DNA of 64,000 bases from Aplysia californica (taxonomy: Eukaryota), in NCBI RefSeq assembly GCF_000002075.1, contig NW_004797283.1, positions 1,170,551 to 1,234,550 of the forward strand. The letters run 5' to 3'. Position 1 is the first letter of the stretch. Every line of letters begins with the position of its first letter. The notes under the pieces were generated by a model. It was not told the origin of the DNA, did no database searches, and saw only the letters and a program-made list of their open reading frames with translations. Shown here piece by piece: positions 1 through 12,255 of the stretch. The translations under genes were made by a program, and so were the position numbers.

Positions 1-141
1 ACACACACACACACACAAACACACACACATGCACACACACACATTTAGATTAACTCGTGTATCCAATCACTATTGTCACCTCTTACAACGATAGCAACCT
101 TATGGCTATTAATTTTTGTATGTTAGTCACACTCTTGTTAC

Positions 142-225
142 CTGCTAGTTTCCGGAGTGCCTTGATAGTCGAAGCAGACTTTCTGCTGTTGAGGCTAGAG
201 AGGTTAGCAGAGTAAGTATGATTCC
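142..225 (-). CDS. Possible exon of an unidentified third gene (GNHTYSANLSSLNSRKSASTIKALRKLA)
   Basis: Acceptor ccttacag, donor CAG|GTAAC, 84 nt, phase 1-1; the only open frame is the one compatible with 1677-1790. Confidence 0.3.
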
Positions 226-432
226 CTGTAAGGACTCTACCGAAACAAACAACTATTAATTTTCAACATAAAATTTTAATAATGATTAAAACAGTGGCGT
301 CCAAACGAAGCTTGGAAATGTAATCGTCCAATCTTTGAGTTAAAGCCTTGCACAACCCATTCGTGCAGCATACTAATTTAAAGCTAAATAAATTCTGCTC
401 CATCTTACTTATTAATATTTCTCTATGTCATA

Positions 433-435
<3 letters not shown>

Positions 436-497
<62 letters not shown>

Positions 498-519
498 ACA
501 CACACACACTCACACACAC
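436..519. repeat. (CA)n microsatellite
   Basis: Direct; others at 1-42, 2936-2969, 8542-8605 and 50166-50205. Confidence 0.95.
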
Positions 520-837
520 CAATATGATCGCATACTCGTCCTATGCTTATAAAGTACATTTCACGAATGTGCTTAACGCTCTTTAGATTAACAGATTAAC
601 GCCAACACATAATCAGACGACACTCATACATGTAGGCCTACTATCACAACACAGTTAATGGCGATGTGCGCACTTCACGGTGAACATAAAAGAGTACATT
701 TACTGAGAAGAAAGACTAACAACAATTGTGGTTGCTTTTCATAGGGTATGCTTTAAGTTAGTTTTAAATTTCGCCCCCGAATGTGTATCCCTCAAATGTT
801 GCGGGTGAGGTTTCTTGACAGAGCCAATTAAAAAGAA

Positions 838-930
838 AATTTTCCGTCGCTCTCATAGTCAGGTTTCGAACCCAGGACCTATTGAACGAGAGGCGAACAC
901 CGTAACCTGATCAAGACTATGAGAGCCCCC
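838..930 (-). mobile_element. SINE family A, tRNA-derived head only
   Basis: Reverse complement GGGGGCTCTC..AGTCTTG..GGTCCTGGGTTCGAAACCTG matches the heads at 3858 and 4106. Confidence 0.7.
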
Positions 931-1404
931 GCCGCAAGTTTTTGACCTCACTTCCTAAGTACCCTATTAAATGAGACTGATCTCCTGATCTTAAGAGTTC
1001 TTGGTGCAAATACACCCTGTACTTTTAAATGAGGCTGCTTTGATACGAGAGGGCTTTATTTTAACCAGTGCCGCATTCATGGTAAAGAGTACCAATACAT
1101 TGCCCATGTGTTGACAATAATATTTTAAGTATTTCTGGCTGTAGCAATGAGCCAGTTGTTGTTATTTTGGGGGAATAAAGTGTCCATGATTCATACAAAA
1201 TGTTGATTTTAGCTGCTATGTTAGTTTTTCTTTTTCAAAGTGTGTGTCTTCATAAATCAAAATGTTATCAGCCAGATTTTGCTGGGATCATTCATTTAAA
1301 CAGCTGATCATAGCAGCGAAGCCTGTCACAACAGCCGACTGTTAGTATTGGCGGTGTTTTCATCTACTAGTACATTTTGAGTCCCACTGTTGTTGTTTTT
1401 TGTT

Positions 1405-1646
1405 TTAGTAAGAGCTTTAAGTTTAAGGCATTTTCAACAAAATTAAGTCATTTTATAAGTGTCGAAGATTAGAGGTGTTACAAGAAAATAACAATTTTTT
1501 AAAGGAATAGAAATAAAGAAACAAAAAAACAGACTACACCAGAGCACACGCCAAAGAAAAGAAGGAGGGGAGATAAGGACGATAGATGTTTGATAGGGAT
1601 AGAAACGAAGAAGCAAACCACACCAGAGCACCCGCCAACCACCCAC
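1405..1646 (-). mobile_element. Short retroposon family C (with internal duplication)
   Basis: 5' GTGGGTGGTTGGCGGGTGCTCTGGTGTGG.., matches 23216-23393. Confidence 0.7.
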
Positions 1647-1676
1647 TGTCCCACGGGTATGGAGCATAGCTTATAC

Positions 1677-1790
1677 CATAATAATATGCGAGTCCGAAAC
1701 TGTCTGTTACAATGAGTCCAAGGAAAGGGTGGATGCACCCAAGATACCAGTCTTTATACCGAGGTACTCGTAGAAATGCAGTGCCATCAA
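1677..1790 (-). CDS. Possible exon of an unidentified third gene (DGTAFLRVPRYKDWYLGCIHPFLGLIVTDSFGLAYYY)
   Basis: Acceptor ttactttcctatcatcag, donor G|GTATAA, 114 nt, phase 1-1, open frame; no recognised homology. Confidence 0.3.
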
Positions 1791-2935
1791 CTGATGATAG
1801 GAAAGTAAGTTTACCCCCTTGAATGAAGTTCAGTGTACTTTTAGCTAGCGAACATGTGTCGGTATTTGAAAACAAAAATACAATGTACAAACAGACACAG
1901 ATGTTTTAGTGAAATAGGGGAAATTGGGGCAGGGGTGAAATGAACAGGAGGTGGNNNNNNNNNNNNNNNNNNNNNNNNNNNNNNNNNNNNNNNNNNNNNN
2001 NNNNNNNNNNNNNNNNNNNNNNNNNNNNNNNNNNNNNNNNNNNNNNNNNNNNNNNNNNNNNNNNNNNNNNNNNNNNNNNNNNNNNNNNNNNNNNNNNNNN
2101 NNNNNNNNNNNNNNNNNNNNNNNNNNNNNNNNNNNNNNNNNNNNNNNNNNNNNNNNNNNNNNNNNNNNNNNNNNNNNNNNNNNNNNNNNNNNNNNNNNNN
2201 NNNNNNNNNNNNNNNNNNNNNNNNNNNNNNNNNNNNNNNNNNNNNNNNNNNNNNNNNNNNNNNNNNNNNNNNNNNNNNNNNNNNNNNNNNNNNNNNNNNN
2301 NNNNNNNNNNNNNNNNNNNNNNNNNNNNNNNNNNNNNNNNNNNNNNNNNNNNNNNNNNNNNNNNNNNNNNNNNNNNNNNNNNNNNNNNNNNNNNNNNNNN
2401 NNNNNNNNNNNNNNNNNNNNNNNNNNNNNNNNNNNNNNNNNNNNNNNNNNNNNNNNNNNNNNNNNNNNNNNNNNNNNNNNNNNNNNNNNNNNNNNNNNNN
2501 NNNNNNNNNNNNNNNNNNNNNNNNNNNNNNNNNNNNNNNNNNNNNNNNNNNNNNNNNNNNNNNNNNNNNNNNNNNNNNNNNNNNNNNNNNNNNNNNNNNN
2601 NNNNNNNNNNNNNNNNNNNNNNNNNNNNNNNNNNNNNNNNNNNNNNNNNNNNNNNNNNNNNNNNNNNNNNNNNNNNNNNNNNNNNNNNNNNNNNNNNNNN
2701 NNNNNNNNNNNNNNNNNNNNNNNNNNNNNNNNNNNNNNNNNNNNNNNNNNNNNNNNNNNNNNNNNNNNNNNNNNNNNNNNNNNNNNNNNNNNNNNNNNNN
2801 NNNNNNNNNNNNNNNNNNNNNNNNNNNNNNNNNNNNNNNNNNNNNNNNNNNNNNNNNNNNNNNNNNNNNNNNNNNNNNNNNNNNNNNNNNNNNNNNNNNN
2901 NNNNNNNNNNNNNNNNNNNNNNNNNNNNNNNNNNN

Positions 2936-2970
<35 letters not shown>

Positions 2971-3049
2971 TTTTGTTTTGTTTTGTTTTGTTTTGTTTTA
3001 ATTATTAATCAAGACTTTTAAAAAAGTATCTCCCCCTCTCTACTTGAAC

Positions 3050-3155
3050 GTTGTTGTATCCGTCTCAACCAGGGTTGGCCCTGACTGGCAGGGCCCAAGC
3101 AGCCTATCTTATTCTTATAAATGATCTAAAAAAGTGTCGATGGGTGAGTAAAACA
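3050..3155 (+). mobile_element. SINE family B, 3' half
   Basis: gttgtatcc..ggttggccctgactggcagggc..gtcgatgggtgagtaaaac matches 11572-11787. Confidence 0.65.
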
Positions 3156-3364
3156 ACTAAAATGTACAATTACAATTCCCCATGGTAGCCGGCTAAGCTA
3201 AGGAAAATAACGTAAATAACTGGGGACTCAAGCTACTTAAAAGGAAAGGTGTACGCCTGTAGGTCGCGGGTTCGATCCCTGCCAGCTTTAGTGTGGGTGT
3301 GTGTGTGGGGGGGGGGGGGGGGTCGTCTTGCTTTTCACACCCCTAAGTCCTTTTTTTAATAAGT

Positions 3365-3858
3365 GTTTTACGGCGCTCACAACTGCATAAGGTCATATGA
3401 GTGCACGGGACACACCAAACATTTTCAGGAGGTAGGAAATTTTGAATTATGTCCGGGTGGCGGCTGAAGCCTATTCTTATCGATTTTAGATCTTTAACGT
3501 GCGCATCGTGAACACGGGACCTCCGAGATTTTTTACCATTGTCTGAGACGTCTAGGTGTAGATCTTTCCTAACAGAAGATCAGGGGTGTGACTGAAAGAC
3601 AGCAGTAAGAAAAAGCCAAGGAGTAGCAATAGAAAGTCTGCAGAAAGAGTCAGGATCCCAGAGGAGGGGGCAAACGAGGTGAGGGAGTGGGGGCAGAAAG
3701 TGGAGACGAAAGCAAATGACAGAAAGTTTCTAGAGAGCAGGAAAGGAGGTGAAAGGAGACAATTATAAAGAAGACATTTTTCCGTCTCTACCAGGATTCG
3801 AACCCGGGACCTTTGAATGAGAAGCGAACACCTTAACCTCTAGACCACGAGAGCCCCC
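3365..3858 (-). mobile_element. SINE family A, full length (tRNA head + Deu/Nin-like core + hairpin tail)
   Basis: A box TGGTCTAGAGG, B box GGTTCGAATCC; core GGAGGTCCCGTG..GCACGTTAAAGATC..GATAAGAATAGG; alignable over its length with 4106-4585. Confidence 0.8.
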
Positions 3859-3879
3859 TCTCCACGTCCTAGTTTAGTT

Positions 3880-4020
3880 AGGATCGTGCACGAAAAATGT
3901 CGGAGGTCCCATATATGTGAAAGTTGCGCATGTTAGAGATTCCTTGGCGGTTCGAGAAGCGAAAAGTGTAGGCCGTTCGAGCCGTCATCTGGGCAAAATT
4001 CAACATTAATTTCTTCCCGG
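3880..4020 (+). mobile_element. Fragment of a divergent Deu/Nin-core SINE
   Basis: cggaggtccc..gttgcgcatgttagagattccttgg..gtaggcc..gggcaaaattc parallels the family A core. Confidence 0.55.
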
Positions 4021-4105
4021 AACTGCTGCGACTCTTGTCATTGTCGGGCATTCTTGTGGAATAATCAACCTCTTGGGGAGGAAGTGGAGCTTTCAAAGAA
4101 ATGTT

Positions 4106-4585
4106 GGGGGCTCTTGTGGTCTAGAGTTATGGTGCTCGCCTCTCATTCAATAGGTCCTGGGTTCGAAACCTGACAGCGACGGGCTATTTTCTACTCTAAA
4201 ATGTTCTTCAATCACCTCCTTTCCGGCTCTCTAACCATGCTTTCGTCTCCACTTTCTGCCCTTTCCCCCTGTCCTGCTGCTCCCTCCTCTGGGCTCCTGA
4301 GTGATTCTTTCTGCTACTCCTTGGCTCCTTCTTACTGCTGTCTTTCAGCCACACCCCTGATCTTATGGTAGCTAAGATCTAACACCTAGCCTTCTCGGAT
4401 AAGGGCTAAAAATCTCGGAGGCCCCGTGTGCAAGTTGCGCACGTTAAAGATGCCTTGGTGATCCTAAAATCGATAAGAGTAGGCTTCGGCCGCCACCCGG
4501 GCAAAATTCAAAATTCTTACCAAACTGAAAATGTGCCCCGCGCGCTCATTAGGTTAGCTACGAGCGCAGTAAAACTAACACTTAC
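4106..4585 (+). mobile_element. SINE family A, full length
   Basis: Pol III A/B boxes (tggtctagagttatgg, ggttcgaaacc), Deu/Nin-like core at ~4395-4515, tail gcgctc..gagcgc agtaaaac. Confidence 0.8.
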
Positions 4586-5424
4586 CGAAACAAAACAAAA
4601 AAGGTAAGGGATGATTCTACGTCCTATGTAGAGAAAACAGCCATGTACGTAAAATCAACTGCACCGTGAGATTAATATCTTACAGTCAGCTAGTAGAGGA
4701 GAGTTGGTAGAGGTCGGACGCAAGGAAACTGGGACGAGGCCCGAAACATTATTTTTGTGGACAATAGTTAACCACACCGTAATAAGAGTAGGCCTACTAC
4801 TTATCGTCAGCATACCTTTTGACTGCTGATACATCCCTTCAACCTTCTATTTCCTGTTCTCAAGTTCCAAAGACCGCCCAGTTTTTGCAAAGTTTTTTCA
4901 AGACCAGTTTCTGTCGCGATCTGTAGCAACGAATGTGTTGAACTTCAGCTGAAGGTGAGTATGTTTTTATAAAGTCATAAATCATCTTTATAAGACAATC
5001 ATATTGGATATGCTGAGTACTATCTCATAAAGAAAATGCAGAATCAAACTTGGAGTCTACCTTTGGTCAGGAGAATTGGGACTCGGTGTTCCACTTCACC
5101 CCACTAGTGTCCTAGTTTTCCTGCTGCAAAGAGATCCACTTAACCAGTGCAAAATTATCACATAGGGATGGAATATGGTGCAATAAAAGTACAATTTGGT
5201 TCTCATGTTGGCATGCAGCCCATAATATATGACCCTGTTTTGTAGTTCTAGTTCGGGAATTCTGATACCACTTTCCTGTTTGTTGTTGTTGTTTTTTTGT
5301 TTTTTTGTTTTTTTTTTATTTATTTATTTTTATGTTTATGGTTTTTTTTTTTAATTATTGTTTGTTTTTGTTGTTTTTTTGTTTTTTTTTGTTGTTGTTT
5401 TTTTTTTTGGGGGGGGGGGCAGAA

Positions 5425-6770
5425 ATGCCTCGTATCTACAGACGAAACCTCGGAGCGGGATTTACCCTACATCTTATATATTATTTTATGTATAAAATGA
5501 TGAAGAAGTCGATGGAGGCTGCACAGAATGGTAAGACTGTCCAGGAAGCATCAGCAGACTTCGGTGTGTCAAAATTAACACTCGCTCGTTGTGTGCAGAA
5601 GGTGAAAGTGAAAGTATAGACTGATGCAAGGCTTCAGCCAAACTACCTGCACAAAAAAAGGTTTTCTCTAAAGCTCAAGAATGGACACTCGCCGACTATT
5701 TTTTTTAAATTAAATGTTCAAACACGTTTCATGGGCTCACAACAAACCAGACTCGTTCTAAAGTCAATGAAAAGGCAATTCAGAACAAAGTGGAAGTTGC
5801 AGAGCTTTTGAATGACAATACAGAGACAAGTAAAGAGTTAAGAGCAGTTATTCCACTTTTTGCCAAGACACTCGGATTTGCCTCTGCGCACTCCGGAGGC
5901 AACTTCATTTATTTTTTTACGTGCGACGGTCTTCAACCGAGAGAATGTAGCTAGTTGTTTTTTCCTTTTTCCGAATTCTTGTAGTAGTAGTAGTAGCAAC
6001 CACCAAAGTACATGTATCAGAATTCACGCTATACACATGTCATCATCATCATTGCCTTTCTCTCCTTGGATCAGGATATAGGCCACGAACAAACACTTTC
6101 CACCTTTCCCAATCCTGGGCTAGTCGCTTGATGTCACTCCACGTCTTCCCACTTTTCTGTACATCTATTTCCGTGACTCTTCTCCAGGTTCCACGTGGTC
6201 TTCCCCTTGATCTTTCACCCTGTGGGTTCCAATCTAACACTTTCCTTGTTATGCAGCTGCCTGACTTTCTGAAAGTGTGTCCAATCCATTGCCAACGTCT
6301 TCTTCTAAGCAAAAGTGCGCAGTGCCCCCCCCCCCCCCCCCAACCAAGAGTGATCGCACTCGAGGTTGGGAAGATCATCTCACTGGAGCGTGGTGAACTT
6401 GTCATCATTAAAAGATTTGTTGCGTCGTTTCTTCAAATGGATCTTCTCTGCCACCTGTCTTCGTGTTCTCTGGAAATTTTGAAGGATAATTTTATTGTGA
6501 TTGGGGCTGCTGAAGGACTCCTCTGCTTAGTGTCGAGCAATGGGTTTGATGAACTCCGACATTTTCCCTAAAGTTATGGAACACTTCATTTCTTTTTGCT
6601 TGTCCTGGCAAGGACAATAAAAGCGATTTTAATTTGGAATAATCATCAGAGTCATTTGTCAATGTTCTCTCTTGAACTTACCAAAATAAACGTTGTGCAT
6701 CCAATCACCCTATCACCACACACAAGAAATTTACAATCACTCTTTACAATATGATGTCTGTGATGAGCAA
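5425..6770 (+). mobile_element. Decayed pogo/Tigger-type DDE transposase, interrupted by an RTE LINE
   Basis: MPRIYRRN..psq-type HTH (TVQEASADFGVSKLTL), CENP-B-like LPLRTPEATS..RATVFNRENV, then SLERGELV..SSNGSSLPPVFVF..MNSDIFPKVMEHF..ILIWNNHQSH..LSPHTRNLQSL; multiple frameshifts. Confidence 0.8.
6041..6308 (-). mobile_element. RTE-clade LINE 3' fragment with (GAT)n tail
   Basis: RRRWQWIGHTFRK..LDWNPQGERSRGRPRGTWRR..LAQDWERWK, the typical RTE ORF C-terminus. Confidence 0.88.
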
Positions 6771-6777
6771 TGCATAG

Positions 6778-7002
6778 ATTACGCACCCGTCGACCGTCGA
6801 CACAATTTAGATAATCTGTAACTTTTTTAGGCGAACTTCTGACTCTGCCTGTCAGAGCCAACCCGGGCTGAGAGGGACACAACATCCCAACAGAAAGACC
6901 GAGATACTTAGTAAAAATGTTCTCCTCACACGGGAATCGAACGAGTGTCTCCTGCGTGCGACAGCGAAACGCTTGACCACTCCATTTAAACCAGAGACCA
7001 GT
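6778..7002 (-). mobile_element. SINE family B (tRNA-Asp-like head)
   Basis: Head GCTGTCGCACGCAGGAGAC..GTTCGATTCCC resembles tRNA-Asp(GTC); body shared with the other family B copies. Confidence 0.75.
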
Positions 7003-10000
7003 GCCATACTAGAGCTCGGCTTCCATGATTTTTTTTTAAAAATAGATACAGTAGAATTTGCTATAACAGCCACCTGTGTGAGACAATCACGATCACCTGT
7101 TCCAACGGCCACATCCCATTTCCCCTTTGCGGTTTTTTAATATATTTTTTTACATTATAATGTCACTGTATAAGACAGCCATCTGTCTATGACTCGCACG
7201 TTTCTCCGTGACAAAGTGTAACGGTTTAAGACAATTTTGAGTATTTATCACAGAAGGGTGCATGCTCCTATCACCAGTGTTCAAGAAGATCTGTCGCCTT
7301 ATCGTTCTTGTACAGCCCGTCCTATTAAGGGTGTGTTTACCCAATAATTGGTAACGGTAATCTGGGTCTCCATTTAGTACGTATCTGACCTACCAGCGCA
7401 TCTGGGGCCTTCATCCAAGGGACCACGTTGTGTGATGTCATGCACGAAAGACGCTCTTTTAAAAAAAAAGGGGGGGGGGGGTCCAAATTCACCTTATCCC
7501 AACAATTGAGAGATTGGGTGATAGAGAGGTCGCTTACACTGCGTCAAAGGAGCATGAAACTCAAGGCCGAATCATTTATTCTTTAAAAGTACCCCCTCCC
7601 CACAAAAAACGAACAAAGAAAACAAACAAGCAAAAACACACAAAAATACACAAAACAAAGATGAAAAAAACTGTCACTAAAGTTCCGACATCAAGGTCAC
7701 CTTGGCTTTCTATTATCATGTTATCATTACATTTACATGCATTTTCAAGGTCGAGGTCTTGTAGCTGAAGAAAAGACATCGGCCTACTTTATACGTAGAT
7801 AGCCTAGAGCCTGCGTCATAGTCCCTCCTCAGAGGACATGTCGTATTAGTCATATCATGGGCAACGGGGGTTTTTTTTGGTGTTTTTTCTCTCCCCAGAA
7901 AGAACCTAGGCCTACCTAGATATCTCGTCATGCTGTTAGCAATGGATAGGCCTATAACGCACAGTGTGTAGGCTACTGAAGACTACGTACAGACCTAAAC
8001 AATCTTTGTCTGTATTTCACAACATAAGCAGTTATAATACATTGTATAAACATATTGCGGACAAAGGTCAGTCAAGCCTNNNNNNNNNNNNNNNNNNNNN
8101 NNNNNNNNNNNNNNNNNNNNNNNNNNNNNNNNNNNNNNNNNNNNNNNNNNNNNNNNNNNNNNNNNNNNNNNNNNNNNNNNNNNNNNNNNNNNNNNNNNNN
8201 NNNNNNNNNNTTCTGACTGGTATCTTATCACTTTTCTCTCCGCTACTGATAGTGCTAGTCCTGATATTAGGTAGGAGGGTTTTGTTCTACCGTTGTAGAG
8301 TCGTATAGCAGGGTTAGCCCGCTTGTCCATAAAAGCGACCATTTGTTTCTTTACTTTCTATCTTGTGTCAAAATCTAGGTTCTGCTGTCCCTCTTTTCTC
8401 ACCTCTACTGATAGTCCTGAGATTAGGAGATCTTTTTTTCATTCCACTTTTGGGTGGAGTGGTAGAACAGACAGACGGTGAACGGGGAACGAACACGTCA
8501 CCTTTTTTTGTATTCAGGCAGCGTTGAAAGGACTGTTGAGCACATACACACGCACATACACACACACATACACACGCACATACACACACGCGCGCACACA
8601 CACACACACAGGCAAGCACAAACACACCTGACCTAGAATCTGTTTATAACAGGTTCTATAAATTAATGCTGGGAGAACGAACTTACTTTATGACAAATGT
8701 ATATACATATACATATATNNNNNNNNNNNNNNNNNNNNNNNNNNNNNNNNNNNNNNNNNNNNNNNNNNNNNNNNNNNNNNNNNNNNNNNNNNNNNNNNNN
8801 NNNNNNNNNNNNNNNNNNNNNNNNNNNNNNNNNNNNNNNNNNNNNNNNNNNNNNNNNNNNNNNNNNNNNNNNNNNNNNNNNNNNNNNNNNNNNNNNNNNN
8901 NNNNNNNNNNNNNNNNNNNNNNNNNNNNNNNNNNNNNNNNNNNNNNNNNNNNNNNNNNNNNNNNNNNNNNNNNNNNNNNNNNNNNNNNNNNNNNNNNNNN
9001 NNNNNNNNNNNNNNNNNNNNNNNNNNNNNNNNNNNNNNNNNNNNNNNNNNNNNNNNNNNNNNNNNNNNNNNNNNNNNNNNNNNNNNNNNNNNNNNNNNNN
9101 NNNNNNNNNNNNNNNNNNNNNNNNNNNNNNNNNNNNNNNNNNNNNNNNNNNNNNNNNNNNNNNNNNNNNNNNNNNNNNNNNNNNNNNNNNNNNNNNNNNN
9201 NNNNNNNNNNNNNNNNNNNNNNNNNNNNNNNNNNNNNNNNNNNNNNNNNNNNNNNNNNNNNNNNNNNNNNNNNNNNNNNNNNNNNNNNNNNNNNNNNNNN
9301 NNNNNNNNNNNNNNNNNNNNNNNNNNNNNNNNNNNNNNNNNNNNNNNNNNNNNNNNNNNNNNNNNNNNNNNNNNNNNNNNNNNNNNNNNNNNNNNNNNNN
9401 NNNNNNNNNNNNNNNNNNNNNNNNNNNNNNNNNNNNNNNNNNNNNNNNNNNNNNNNNNNNNNNNNNNNNNNNNNNNNNNNNNNNNNNNNNNNNNNNNNNN
9501 NNNNNNNNNNNNNNNNNNNNNNNNNNNNNNNNNNNNNNNNNNNNNNNNNNNNNNNNNNNNNNNNNNNNNNNNNNNNNNNNNNNNNNNNNNNNNNNNNNNN
9601 NNNNNNNNNNNNNNNNNNNNNNNNNNNNNNNNNNNNNNNNNNNNNNNNNNNNNNNNNNNNNNNNNNNTATAAGAGCCCTACTTGCTACCACGTTGTATGT
9701 CCAAAGAGGAAAAAGGTGACCAACAGCAGAAAGTTAGATCAAACACTGTAGCTGTAAATTCATGTGAGGCGTTTAATAAACTTAATATTCGAACAGGAGT
9801 TGTCTAGTTGCTGTGGGCTTGTTTTTTGTTGGGGTGGGAGGGGGTTGGTCTTGTCTTGTTTTGTTTTTGTTTTTTGTTGTTATTGTGTGTTTGTTTTGCT
9901 GTTGTTTTGGGGTGGGGGGGTTTTTAGGGGGGGGGGTTGTTTTGTTATCGTTGGGGTTGTTTTTTTCACCAACTAGCCTACAGACTGCCATGGACTTCCC

Positions 10001-10793
10001 AATCCCTTTCGCAAGAGTTACCCATGCGCACACGGCATGGCACGATAACGGTCATCCAGTGTGAGGGGCTAGAGAGGCGGAAACAACAGAGATAATATAA
10101 GGGTCTACCTGCCCTATTTGACCGTGTGCCAGCATTACTTGTACTTTGTAGACTACTGTACTATAGAACTGTTATCGATGTCACTTGAGGAATTCTGCAC
10201 ATTGGATTTTCTCTCTATTTAAAAAGCAGATTGGAGTACTTTTGCCACTAATGACAATTCAATGATCACATATCGCTACCTCAGAACAAGAAAGTTCTAT
10301 TTGGCATTTTTGGACGCTTTGGGTTACTAAGACTAAGACCATGAGATCAAAAACCAAATGTTCTATTTACTCTCATCAAATTCGTAAGATTATTCGGAGT
10401 CGTTATAAAGGTATCCAAAGATTGTATTCGGAAAAGCTTGACGTACCAGTAATGTGAAACTCAAAATCTTTTTCGTCAAATTTCTCAAGATTAGAGGTGC
10501 TGAGCAGAACTATGTAATAATTCTGAGGTAACGATATAATTATAGATCTACCCCTGCTGGTTTAATTCTAATTCCCGTAGGTCTATACGGGAATCAAATC
10601 AACTTCCTTCGCCGATAAAACGAAAAGCCAAGCTATCACAATACAGACGTGAGCCAGTGTGTCCGATTTTGCGGTGTCAACCATTCAAAAAGCTCCAACG
10701 CCAAGCATAATAATATGTTGTAAGCAGGCTTCGCGTTCTCGCACCGCACGTAGGCCAATACTAAACTAAAACCAGCCCATCTTGTATCATGTA

Positions 10794-10979
10794 CAGGCGA
10801 AACTTTCTTAGAGGGCACTCATTGTTGAAAAGAGAAAAGTGGTTGTATTAGATACGAAGCCATTATTATTACACAGTGTCATTTTTGGGTGAAAAATATA
10901 CCTGGGAGGAAATGGATAGTTGTCGTTTGTACAGGTGATTGTCTTAATATACAGGTGACCGTTAGAGCAGGTTCGACTG
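10794..10979. mobile_element. ~185-bp MITE, same or related family
   Basis: ends gagcaggttcgactg; alignable to 63557-63741. Confidence 0.65.
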
Positions 10980-11527
10980 GATGTAGAAATCTATTTCTAT
11001 TACAACTGAATATTTTGACACGGCGCTCGAGACCTGTCAAGCTACCCGTAATCAAGCCAGGCTTAATGTTCTTTTCAATTGGACAGCCCATAATCTAACA
11101 ACTAACAGGATAGGATCAGACCAGTCGAAGGTCAAACACCGATCTTATAATTAAAAGTATATCGTCTAGAAGCGAAGGCTGATCATCGGTAGCAAACGTC
11201 TGAACTCCCTGTAAATTAAACATGCACTCCGTCACCTAAAATCTTCCTTAGGCTGCAACTAACATTAAGAGCAGTTGTGCCTCATGGTCAGTGAGCATAG
11301 TGGCTACATGTAGCAGTCACGTTTCGGAACAGGTATGTACTTCGACTAAAAATGTTATGAGTATCTTCCAAACGTGCCGAGTCTTTTTGCTGGTTCTAGC
11401 CTTGAAGCCTTATTTCGCTGGGCCATTGTGACTCATTGTCAGATTGTGATCACATACCCACGTTTTCTACTAAGAAATTCTTTTCCCAACGAACTTTGTC
11501 ACCGTGTCCCCAATTGTAATTGCGAAT

Positions 11528-11915
11528 ATTTTAAGACCCCATCAATACAGTTTAGATCATTGAGGCGGTCGAACTGGCGTCTGAGGTGTAGTGGTCACAC
11601 GCAGGAGATCAAAGTTTGATTCCCGAATGTGGAGAAAAAGGTTTTATCGAGTATCTCGGTCTTTCGGCTGCTGGGATGTTGTATCTCTCACAGCTCGAGT
11701 TGGCCTTGACAGGCAGGGCCAGATGCTTGCCTCTTATATTATCTAAATTGTATCGACGGGCGCGTAAAAACACCTACATTTAAAAAAGAGGAGGTCGGCT
11801 GCATAGGCCCTGCTTGTCAGGGCGAACCCTGGCTGTGTGGGGCACAACATTCCAATAGGAAGATATAGCAATAAAACACAGCCTCTCAGGAATCAAACTC
11901 GCGTTTCTGTGTGTG
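11528..11915. mobile_element. Two SINE family B copies, a + copy (11572-11787) inserted inside a - copy
   Basis: Host halves at 11528-11571 and 11788-11915; flanking near-duplicate gaggcggtcg / gaggaggtcg. Confidence 0.72.
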
Positions 11916-11956
11916 GCTGTTTTTGTTTTTGTTTTTTATTTGGTTTGTTTTGTTTT

Positions 11957-12119
11957 AATAAGAGTTCTGCGGCACTTGTAACACAATTAAGTCATGTAAG
12001 TGCCGAAGATTAGAAGTGTTACAAGATAGTATAAACGCAGAAAAGAGGAGAGAAGGACGATAAGCGTTTGATAGGAAAAACGGAGCAAATCCCACTAGAG
12101 CGACCGCCAATCACCCACT
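11957..12119 (-). mobile_element. Short retroposon family C
   Basis: Same body; tail hairpin CGGCACTT..AAGTGCCG. Confidence 0.7.
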
Positions 12120-12255
12120 TGATTGCGACTGTGAAAAGCCTGACCACTACAAAACGGACGCGAGTTCTCACCATTTCAATCTCAGAATAAAATACAGGCA
12201 CAAGGATTTGTCTATCAACACATCCCTTTCTACATACATGTACCATCTTACATTA

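Noticed and set aside
1940-3021. Long ORFs of 340-360 aa here and at 8663-9751, plus similar ORFs at the 40.0, 43.3, 46.1, 56.5 and 60.7 kb gaps
   Set aside because: They consist almost entirely of X from N gaps plus microsatellite translation; artefacts.
4106-4180. tRNA genes at the SINE heads (also 838-930, 15430-15502, 57290-57366)
   Set aside because: A/B boxes are present but no clean cloverleaf or acceptor stem, and each continues into a shared repeat body.
9974-10196. Exon-like segments with a strong acceptor at ~10069 on the minus strand
   Set aside because: No convincing frame link to the left-edge exon candidates and no recognisable peptide.
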